NCBI GenBank assembly: GCA_048937405.1
Contig: JBHLNF010000003.1
Location: forward strand, 160,001-224,000
Reading direction: 5' to 3'
DNA length: 64,000 nt
Source: Promethearchaeota archaeon
GTDB lineage: Archaea > Asgardarchaeota > Lokiarchaeia > Sigyniarchaeales > SOKP01
The notes beneath the pieces are model-generated. The model searched no databases. It saw nothing but the letters and a program-made list of their open reading frames with translations, and was not told the origin of the DNA. Position 1 is the first letter of the stretch. Each line of letters starts with the position of its first letter. The position numbers and the translations under genes were made by a program. Of the stretch, positions 29,053 through 38,600 are shown one piece after another.

Positions 29053-30324
29053 TTAAGAAACTAGTACTTTTTCTATATTTTCGATAGCCCAATCAATTTC
29101 ATCCTTGGTAATGATTAATGGAGGGGCTAATCTAATAATTGTGGAATGAGTATCTTTTGCCAAAATACCATTATCCTTGAATTCTTCAACAATTTGTCTA
29201 GCATCTTCTTCAAATTCAATTGCCATTAGTAATCCTTTTCCTCTAATTTCTTTAATAGGTATTTTAGTTCTTTTAAAAGAAATCTCTTGTAATCTTTTCA
29301 AAAAATAATTACCCATCTCTTTAGCTCGTTCAGAAAGATTCTCTCGTAAATGAAGATCTATAGATTTCATCCCGATAGCAGAAGCTAAAGGATTTCCTCC
29401 AAAAGTGCTTCCATGAGTTCCTGGAGTTATAACCTCTGGACCAATAATTTCGTTTCTACTTACACATGCAGAAATAGGATATACTCCACCACCAAGAGCT
29501 TTACCTAATAAGATCATATCTGGTTTCACCTCCTCATGTTCGCACGCTAAAAATTTTCCAGTTCGACAAAACCCAGTTTGAACTTCGTCAGAAATTAGCA
29601 ATACATTATATTTTGTACAGATTTCTCTTACTTTTTTTAAATAGCCTTTTGGAGGAATCTTTACACCAGCTTCTCCTTGAATAGGTTCTACTAAGAAAGC
29701 TGCTACTTTTTCAGGACCAATTTCTAAAATTGCATTTTCTAATTCCTCAGCATTTCCATAGGGGATGATATTAAATCCTGGTGTGAAGGGTCCAAAATTT
29801 CCGTAATATCGTACTGCTGAAATATCAGAACTAAATCCTATAATAGTAACCGTCCTTCCATGAAAATTATTTCTGCATACAATTATTCTAGCCTCATCTT
29901 TGGGAATTTTTTTCTTAATATAACCCCAAGCCCGTACCACCTTTATCGCTGTTGAAACTGCTTCAGTTCCAGTAGTCATTGGAAGAGACATTATACCAGT
30001 ATTCTTAGGATCATAAATCTGTGGTCCTATCACTTCTGCCAGCATTTTTAGGAAAGGTCCCATCATAGTATTATGAAATGCTCGAGAGGTAAGAGTAACT
30101 ACATTTGCTTGTTCTTTTAATGTTGCGACGATTTCAGGATGACAATGACCCAAATTTTGACTTGAGTAGGCAGATAAGCAATCTAAATATTTTTTTCCTT
30201 CTGGATCATATACCCAAACTCCTTCAGCACGAGAAATTACAACTGGAATGGGATGATAATTGTGAGCACCATATTCCAAATCAATTTCAATATAATCATT
30301 TGATCTTAGCATGAAATATCCCAT
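29053..30324 (-). CDS. rocD: Ornithine-oxo-acid aminotransferase (class III PLP)
   Basis: YGAHNYHPIPVV, LSAYS..N.GHCHP, LTSRAF, EPIQGEAGV, DEVQTG, LGKALGGG, HGSTFGGNPL. Confidence 0.92.
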   Translation of the reverse strand: MGYFMLRSNDYIEIDLEYGAHNYHPIPVVISRAEGVWVYDPEGKKYLDCLSAYSSQNLGHCHPEIVATLKEQANVVTLTSRAFHNTMMGPFLKMLAEVIGPQIYDPKNTGIMSLPMTTGTEAVSTAIKVVRAWGYIKKKIPKDEARIIVCRNNFHGRTVTIIGFSSDISAVRYYGNFGPFTPGFNIIPYGNAEELENAILEIGPEKVAAFLVEPIQGEAGVKIPPKGYLKKVREICTKYNVLLISDEVQTGFCRTGKFLACEHEEVKPDMILLGKALGGGVYPISACVSRNEIIGPEVITPGTHGSTFGGNPLASAIGMKSIDLHLRENLSERAKEMGNYFLKRLQEISFKRTKIPIKEIRGKGLLMAIEFEEDARQIVEEFKDNGILAKDTHSTIIRLAPPLIITKDEIDWAIENIEKVLVS

Positions 30325-30513
30325 GTATTTCTTTTTGTTAAAATTACCAATTAATTAGTAGATATTTTTTATTAAATTTTAATTTTTTTTAAAAAGATCG
30401 ATGAGGGAATAACGTGGGCAAATGAAAATTATATTATCTACTATTACTCTAATTACTATCTATACAGCATATTCAAAATAATAAAAAAATAAAAATCATA
30501 AAAAAAATAAAGA

Positions 30514-33087
30514 CTATTTTTGTACTTGAATCACTTCTGTTGATTCCTGTTCAGTTTTGAGATCTAATAGCTTTAATATTTCAATACCAAAAATGTTTGA
30601 TAAGATTTTATTCATCTCAGGTCCTCCCATATAACCTTGACATCCTAAATGAAGCTTATGAAAGTGCTCACCTAATTTAGTTTCAACCTCTTTTATGAAA
30701 TTAATAATTTTTTCTTCTAATAATTGGGATGGTGTTTCGTTTAATAAAAATACAACTTTAAATTCTCCATCTGTAAAGAACCCTCCCGATAAATAACCAT
30801 CTCTAAATTTAATAGATAATATTTCACCAACGTTCAATGCTTCTGCAGCAATATGATCCAATGCAGTAAGAAAACCAGATAATATTGTATTATCCACATC
30901 TTCTTTTGTGAAACTTAGCTCATACATGTTTTGACCACTTTCTCGATGCTGTATTAATAATTTTTCTATCATCTCAATATCTGGATCTATAATAAATGGC
31001 TTGATTAAGAAATTAACAATATCTTCACGAGTATTTCGCAATATTTTAAAAAGTTTTTTAGGTTTATTTCCATGTTGAGGTCCAGTTGGTTCTTCCCAGC
31101 TAGGATCATTTATCAATTGTGTGGCTGATCGACCAGTATTTCTCATAATTCCAACTTGTGCTCCAAATACTATAGCAGCATGGAATTCAAAAGCAGCAAT
31201 ACTCCCACCATTAATACCTATAAGTTTAATTCTACTTGGATCGATCCCTGATTTCATTATATCATACCAATATTGAATTGCTTCCATTACGCTAAAATCT
31301 TTTCCTTTTGTTTGATGAATTGTAGTGTATCTTCTATCAATTAAAACATCAGGAGGTAGTTTTTTTGGAATGTAACCAATTGATTTGATTTTTTCATTAT
31401 ATTCTTCCTGAATTTCTCCTACCATAGCACATATTCCCGCTTTAGTTCCCCCCGAGATAATTGTACCTTCGAAATCACTAAATGCTTCAGTAACACTATT
31501 TTTAATGAATTGTAGACTTCTTTCGATATTAACATCAGTTCCTCCTGCTATTATTACAATAGAATCATCAGAATATTTTTGTTTTTGTTTTAATTTAGAA
31601 TCTAAATATTTTATAGAATCTGTTATTAGTTTATCCGTTTTTTCCTTAATATTTGGATGAAAAATTATTCCTAGATGTAGAATTTGTTTTACTATGTCAA
31701 TTCCTTCTATTTGTCTTTCTTGAGATAATTTTAGTGTATTCAATGTATTAATAGTAGTTTCGACCATCCAAATATCGGGACTACATCGTATAGCTTTTAA
31801 GTAGTAATCTAAGGCATCTTTTATATTCCCTAATAATAGATTAAAGAGCCCTAGATCAAAGTATGCCCATGGTATATCAACCATTACTCTTGCCTGTGTT
31901 AATCTCCTTTCTATCCCTTTCTGAATCATTTCTCTATGTTTATCAATCTGAGTTATATCACCTGTTTGTTGAATTAATAATACTAAATAATTCCCTAAGG
32001 GATAAGGATCACCAGGATCAACTTTTAAAGCTTCCATATATGATTCTAATGCTTTATCATATAACTTTTGCTGTTTATACATACCTCCTAAAGAAGCCCA
32101 GGCATCAGAATTGAAAGGATTAATTTGAATTGATTGTTTTAAATAAGAACGTCCTTGGATAAATTCTTGACTCTCTGGCACTTTTTTATACTTTTTATGA
32201 TAAGAAACTCCAATATCTCGTAGTATTTCCGCTATTTCTGGATCTGAAGCTTTTTTAACACTCTCACTTTCAATAATTTCATTTAATATCTCTATACTTT
32301 TATCCATATCGTTTATAAACATTGCTAATTTTGCGATTCTATAACCCACTTGATAATTACTCTTGTCTGCTTCATAAACTAACATTAATCTGTCAATTTC
32401 AGATTTTATTTTTTCGTTGGACATATAAGCGCCATACACAGATTCGTAATGCTGCATTTTGTCAACTAACTCATTTAAAGCATTATCCTCGATTGATAAA
32501 AGTGATCTTACTCGAGTTAATTCTTGTTCATACAGCTTTGGAACTTCAAATTCATATTGGTTAAAAATTTTGTATTGATTTGCTGCCCAACCATGGCTAA
32601 TATATGTACCAATTTGAACTTCTGACTTGAAATTAAAAAATTTATCTTGTATATCCAAATTTAATCTATCATAGAGCTTCAAATCAGGATCAAGCTGAAT
32701 AGTATATATTTGGTAATGCTCTGGATATTGATTTTCTTTGATTTTTTTAAAACCATCACTAGTGCTACCAATACTAGTTAGAAAAATATCTCTTATAGCT
32801 TGAATGACAACATCCATCTCATTAACATTTGGTAAAATTATTCGAACTCCACATAAATCATTTATCTCTGCAATAGGATCAGAGTATTTTACATCAGGAT
32901 TCAATAATTTATTGGCAAAACTAGAAATTGTCTTTACTCTGTTTTGAATAATATATTCTGAAGAACACCCTTGTACTATATTCTCAAGAATTGTTTCTAT
33001 AACTTTAGAATACTCTTCATAAAGAGGACGTAATTCTTTATATCTATTAATTTGTTCTTCAAAAAACTTGCGTTGTTCTACTTCCAT
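30514..33087 (-). CDS. Multidomain protein: RelA/SpoT-like nucleotidyltransferase + TPR + SLOG-like + C-terminal longin-like domain
   Basis: RVKTISSFANK / DLCGVRI / EVQIGT..HGWA; TPR DAWASLGGMYK; IAGGT, IISGGTKAG, GINGG..AAFE, TGRSA; C-terminal SGQNMYELSF...ILSGFLTAL...E...I..IKF. Confidence 0.7.
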   Translation of the reverse strand: MEVEQRKFFEEQINRYKELRPLYEEYSKVIETILENIVQGCSSEYIIQNRVKTISSFANKLLNPDVKYSDPIAEINDLCGVRIILPNVNEMDVVIQAIRDIFLTSIGSTSDGFKKIKENQYPEHYQIYTIQLDPDLKLYDRLNLDIQDKFFNFKSEVQIGTYISHGWAANQYKIFNQYEFEVPKLYEQELTRVRSLLSIEDNALNELVDKMQHYESVYGAYMSNEKIKSEIDRLMLVYEADKSNYQVGYRIAKLAMFINDMDKSIEILNEIIESESVKKASDPEIAEILRDIGVSYHKKYKKVPESQEFIQGRSYLKQSIQINPFNSDAWASLGGMYKQQKLYDKALESYMEALKVDPGDPYPLGNYLVLLIQQTGDITQIDKHREMIQKGIERRLTQARVMVDIPWAYFDLGLFNLLLGNIKDALDYYLKAIRCSPDIWMVETTINTLNTLKLSQERQIEGIDIVKQILHLGIIFHPNIKEKTDKLITDSIKYLDSKLKQKQKYSDDSIVIIAGGTDVNIERSLQFIKNSVTEAFSDFEGTIISGGTKAGICAMVGEIQEEYNEKIKSIGYIPKKLPPDVLIDRRYTTIHQTKGKDFSVMEAIQYWYDIMKSGIDPSRIKLIGINGGSIAAFEFHAAIVFGAQVGIMRNTGRSATQLINDPSWEEPTGPQHGNKPKKLFKILRNTREDIVNFLIKPFIIDPDIEMIEKLLIQHRESGQNMYELSFTKEDVDNTILSGFLTALDHIAAEALNVGEILSIKFRDGYLSGGFFTDGEFKVVFLLNETPSQLLEEKIINFIKEVETKLGEHFHKLHLGCQGYMGGPEMNKILSNIFGIEILKLLDLKTEQESTEVIQVQK

Positions 33088-33455
33088 AGTTCTTTTTTCA
33101 CTTAAACTTTTTATTAGTCATTATTTTTCATGAATTTCTTCTCTTAGTATTATTGATAAATCCTATTATTTAAAATTAACTTAAGATTGTTAATTAAAAT
33201 TATTATAATAAATGAAAAAATAATTCTCATAAATTCTTTTTTTATTTTTTAATATTAAAATTTAAAGATATTTGAACGAGAAGTAATATTTAAAATTATT
33301 ATAGTCATTTAATTTCATAATTTCAAAGCTAATTTCTTGTTTTAATTAATTTTTTAAGTAAACATCTGGAAAAGACTTATAATATATTACAGAAGCTTTT
33401 TTGTTTTCTATTTTTCTTGGTTAAATTGAAATTATAAAGAAGTGGTGATAAAAAA

Positions 33456-33623
33456 ATTCCAGAATTAATTTGCGATAGCTGTGGTTCTAGAAAAGACGTG
33501 CCTACCTGCTGTGATAAATCAATGATTGTAAAAGATGGATTTTTGCTTTGTTGCTGTTCTAAGGAGTGTGGATATCAACCAATTCCAGAATGTTGTGGAA
33601 AGAAAATGACTTATAAAAATTAA
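33456..33623 (+). CDS. Unannotated 55-aa Cys-rich protein with two desulforedoxin/zinc-ribbon-like repeats; probable ATT start
   Basis: IPELICDSCGSRKDVPTCCDKSMIVKDGFLLCCCSKECGYQPIPECCGKKMTYKN*; 10 Cys; GGTGAT SD at 33444-33449; GC-richer than its flanks. Confidence 0.75.
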   Translation: MPELICDSCGSRKDVPTCCDKSMIVKDGFLLCCCSKECGYQPIPECCGKKMTYKN

Positions 33624-33753
33624 TTATTCTTAAATTTTCATCTTAAAATTTGTTTATATAATTGCCCAATAAATATATTAAAATTATCTTTTGCAAAAAT
33701 AATTAGCAATAAGAAAAAGTAAAGAAAAAATGGATAAAAAAACGAAAATTGTA

Positions 33754-35334
33754 TTACCATAAAAGATTGGCAATAATACTTTTAGCAAAATCCGCTTGTT
33801 TTTTATTCAATACCTTTTGAATTCTCAAATCATTAATTGAATCCTCAAGTCGTGTATCCAGATTTTTCATTTCCATAAGATTATTTTTATCCCCTTGAGA
33901 TTCAACTAATTCAATCATCGCATTGTCTTTATTCATCAAATCTCTTAATCTTTGTCTAAAGCTTATTTTAACCTTAGTACTTACAATTTTTCCTTTATCA
34001 ATCAGTACTGGTAGTACAGGAGCTCTTTCCGTGCTTCGATTTGTATTAGGATCAACGAAATAAAATATACATATTGGAATTCCTACTATAACATTATTAG
34101 TCTTTAACTCAAGAGTATAATTATTTAAAAAATTTTGAACATTAGTCATTTCAGTATCTACAATGGATACGATATTGTCTAGACAAGATTGTTTCTCATT
34201 TTTTATTCTCGCAATCACATCTTCGGTAGAACTTAAATCACTGGAAAGTTCACTATGTTTTGTTTCTATTTCTTTTTCTACTTCAGATTTTTTGCGTTCC
34301 AATTCTCTTATTCTTTGTTGTTTTGATTTTTCTAGATCGCTAAGTTCTTTTTGTACATTTCTCTTTAACTGATTAATTTCAGTTTGATATCGAGAGATTG
34401 AATTTCCAAGATCTTGATATTTTAAATTTATATCTTTTAAAGCTTCTTCTACCAAAAATAAATCTCGTTGATTAATCGCATTTTTCATACTATCAACACT
34501 CTGCTTAAGTCTACTGATATCATTGTTTAGTTCTCCAGTTTTGTCATTTATTTTGTATTTACCAATTTTTACTAGTTCATCTGGAGATCCCTCAATTTCA
34601 CGTTGCATTTCTTTCTGTATTTCTTTATTAAGTATTGTAAGTTGCTTTTCTTCATCACTAGTATCTACCTTTGTATCTTTTATTTTATCAACTTGCTTAC
34701 CTCCCCTTTCAATCCATTTATCACATAACTTTATAATGGCATCTTCATAAGTCTCAAGCATACTAGCATCTTTTTGAGTCACAAAATCTAAAATTTCTGG
34801 TGCTATTTTTGTTTGATTCACACTTTTGGCTATAGCAGCACCTTCCAGCAGAAAATATGGCGTTGTATGAGCCCCTAAATCATATTGGTTTAAGAAAAAG
34901 TTTTGAAAATAACCAACCTCATTAGCATTAAATAGTGCCTCTTGAATTACAGTCCCACGTTTAAAATTCTTTGTTCTTTTTAAATACGTATTGTTATAAG
35001 ATTGTAATGAATTTAAGAAAGATGTGGGATCTGCTCCTTTTATCACATTTTCTGGTCTTGGTGGCATTTGAGCAAATTTCCCAACACTAAGTTTTTCTTG
35101 TTTATTCATAAGATAACTACAAACACAAGCTCTCGTATCACTTAGAGGAATTAACCGAACTGGCCAAAAAGCCGTTGAAATTTTTGCTAATTTCCCTAAT
35201 TTTTGAAGTTTCTTACCATATATCCCAATTAATTCAATCATACCCATTGCTAATTCATTTAATAAAGCAGCTTGGCTTCTTGCGGGAATTATTTCACCCA
35301 TATTAATTAAATAAGGAATTACTTTATTAACCAT
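33754..35334 (-). CDS. Hypothetical protein with a long central coiled coil
   Basis: Heptad-rich E/K/Q/L segment (about aa 200-400) flanked by globular N- and C-terminal regions (FWPVRLIP; VGIPICIFYF). Confidence 0.7.
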   Translation of the reverse strand: MVNKVIPYLINMGEIIPARSQAALLNELAMGMIELIGIYGKKLQKLGKLAKISTAFWPVRLIPLSDTRACVCSYLMNKQEKLSVGKFAQMPPRPENVIKGADPTSFLNSLQSYNNTYLKRTKNFKRGTVIQEALFNANEVGYFQNFFLNQYDLGAHTTPYFLLEGAAIAKSVNQTKIAPEILDFVTQKDASMLETYEDAIIKLCDKWIERGGKQVDKIKDTKVDTSDEEKQLTILNKEIQKEMQREIEGSPDELVKIGKYKINDKTGELNNDISRLKQSVDSMKNAINQRDLFLVEEALKDINLKYQDLGNSISRYQTEINQLKRNVQKELSDLEKSKQQRIRELERKKSEVEKEIETKHSELSSDLSSTEDVIARIKNEKQSCLDNIVSIVDTEMTNVQNFLNNYTLELKTNNVIVGIPICIFYFVDPNTNRSTERAPVLPVLIDKGKIVSTKVKISFRQRLRDLMNKDNAMIELVESQGDKNNLMEMKNLDTRLEDSINDLRIQKVLNKKQADFAKSIIANLLW

Positions 35335-35641
35335 AATATTTCACTTAAACTTTCTATATTATTTTTTAATATCGATAGAATAATTAAAGTTTTGGTTTTA
35401 ATTCTATTTAATTGCAAAATATTCAAAAAAAAAGAAGATTTTTAGAGTTTTTTATCTATTATTCTGGATTTTAAGAGATTTACTGATCCTGGTCATGAAA
35501 TTCTGAAAATTAATGAAAACTAAATTGAAAATATTCAATTCTTTTTGCATTGAAGTTGGTGATTCAAGAGCCTATCTTAATATACAATATTATTAAAAGC
35601 TTGAATGAAAATAAGAAAAAAGAGGATTAATATCAAAGAAA

Positions 35642-38600
35642 TTATCTAATAATTTCCTCATGTAGTTTTTCGATAAATCCATCAAAATCTTCTTTAGTGA
35701 ATTTCACATTCAACAGTGGTGTAAGTAAGAAAGGAATTAATTCTTCAGTCTCATATACTGGAACTATTTTCATCAATCCTTTTTTCCTCATCTGAAATGC
35801 TGCTTGCCATTCATCTTCTACTGCTCTAGATTTGACTGAATGTTGAGAGCAAAAAAATACAAAGACTTTTGTCATTTTTAAAGTTCTTTCCATATAAGAC
35901 ACAATGTTTTCTCCACTGTCTTCTTCCCAAAAGAAAACTTTATCGACTTTTGGATATGTTTCTAATCGTTTCGCGATTTCTTTAATATTAAAATGTTTTG
36001 AATCAAGTGTTGAATAACTTAAAAACACATTTAATTCTTGAGTAAAGTAGCTTCTAATATTGTTGATAAATAATGGATAAGAAGACAATTGTTCAGAGGT
36101 TATAATACCTTGATTAATTCCTTTTTTGAAAATACTAAGGTTCATTAAATTAGTTTCAACCATGTCCTTATTTGGGAAAATCGTGGAGAATATTTGGTTC
36201 CAATTTTCATTATTAGTAATTATTGAACTACTATCGGATAAATCTATTGCATCCATAGGTTCTATTTGTGCTTTTAACTTGCTTGGCTTTATAGTTTGCA
36301 TTTTAATATCTAATGTTGATCTTATATATTCCGGAATTCCAACACCCCACCATTCAGATTCATAGTTGCTTTGCAATTTTAATTTAATAAAACTTTTTAG
36401 GTTAGATTCGAAATTTTCAATATCCTTTATAGCTATTTCTAATTGTTTTTTATGAGTAGATCTTTTGTTAATTTTTGGTTTGAGAATTAAATATATACTA
36501 ATGATACTAATAAGAGCTACAACTCCAACAATAATCAATATTATTTCAAATGCCGTTAATCCATCACCTCCATCTCCAGATGATTCCCCACTTATTTCTA
36601 GTATAAAATAGTCATAATTATCTCCCTCACCATTTTCTTTTAATTCTCCATATCTGGAACCGTAAGTTTCATTAATTAAATTATTAGGATCTATAATTAA
36701 TTCGATTACTACATCTCCCCCTGTTGAATCAATACTACTACTTGTGAATATATGGGAAAATGTCTTATTCACTCCTAAATATTCTATTGGGGTATCTGAA
36801 TTATTATATAAAATATCCCCCGTATATTCAACCCTAATTATAATTTCAATATTATTTGCTTCCCAAATACCATTATTAATGATTGTAAAATTTAATACAA
36901 ATGACTTACCTATTTCTGCAGTGCTCGCATGAAAATTTACAACTGCTAAATTGGGCATTGGATACCAGAAGCGAATCAATGGTTCAGTCCCTAATTTTAC
37001 TTCAATTCCATCAAGAAAAGTGTCTCCATCACTATCGTTGTTTTTAGGATCTGTTTGATGTTTAAATTCATCTATATTTAAAAGTTGATCATTGTCCGAA
37101 TCTGTTAAATTATCATTACCATTGAGTGGTTCCAAACCATTGAGAACTTCCCATAGATCTTCCATATTATCAAAATCGGTGTCTTTATTCCATGGATTGG
37201 TTAAATTAAGCGCTTCCCAATAATCATTTAACCCATCACCATCAGAATCTGGATTGGTAACATTAGTTCGATATGTATCACTACCTGGTATATATTCTTC
37301 ATAATTATATAACCTGTCTCCGTCAGTATCCTCATAGGTTGGATAAATTAGAGGATTTGAATCAAAAACCCGAGTAGTTCCATCAATTAAAAATGGAATA
37401 TCTCCAATTCCATCCTCTGGATTTAGATCTTCCCCCTTATACTCATCCCAATAATTACCTGCATAACCATCATCCCAAGTATTATTAACGCCACTGTCTT
37501 CAGCATCCACCTCATTATTGATAAAATTATTATAACAAATTTTATTATCTTCTAGATATAAAGATTCTTCTATAAGAATACCAAATTCTTTATTATCGGT
37601 AATCCTATTATTTTGAATAGTATTATTCTTATTAGCATTTTTTTCTTCAAAATATATTCCAAATCTCTCATTGCCTTTTATTGTATTATTACTAATTATA
37701 TTATTGTCGGAATAATTTAAAATATAAAGTCCATATCCTCCACCTAATTCAAGAAACGATAAAGGTTTATTTGTAATTTTATTAAAATTAAATGAATTGT
37801 TAAAGAAGATATTATTAGAACTATCTTGCAAATATAATCCAGCATCATTGTTGTTAAGCTCGTTAAATGAAAAATGACTATTATTAGTTGATACTAAAAC
37901 CAAACCTAATTGATTATTATTTATAATACAGTTTGAAAAATTACACTCTTTAGATAAAAACGATACTATTCCAAAAAAATAATTATCTGTTAAATTAATC
38001 CTTTCAAAGAGAGTATTACTACAATTAAAAAGAAATAATCCTAATGATACATTAAAGAGATCTAAGTCTGATATATAGGAATTTTCTGAATTAACTAAAT
38101 AAACTTGACTTGCGTTTGTAAAATCAGAAGGACCTAAATTCGATTCATTATAATAATAATAAAATCTTTTATCATTTACCGTATTTGTATCATCTATATC
38201 AAACGTATCTTCCTGGATGGCATTAGATACTAAGGTAATTCCACCCCCTTTAAATTCATTACCACTAAGCTTTGTATGATCAACAACACCTTCCTCAGGA
38301 AAAACTAAAATAGAACTTCCTATATTATTGATACCTGAATTATTTGTTATAATAGTAGTGTCAACATTATTTGATAATAATAAACCAATAAGATTATTCT
38401 TAAAGAAACATTGTGAAATAGTACTATTATCGCTTTCACAAACGATTATACCACTTCTACAATTACTAAAATTATTTTTTAAAATAGAGTTATTATGACA
38501 ATAAAAATTTAGGAGTAATCCTTCCTCACTATTAAAAGAAGCACTATTGTTAGTAATTATATTATTAGAACAATTATATAATGTAATTCCGACTGTAGCA

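Noticed and set aside
35460-35560. Possible LRR-like gene remnant (EILKINEN*IENI) downstream of the TIR receptor
   Set aside because: Too short and AT-rich to tell from chance
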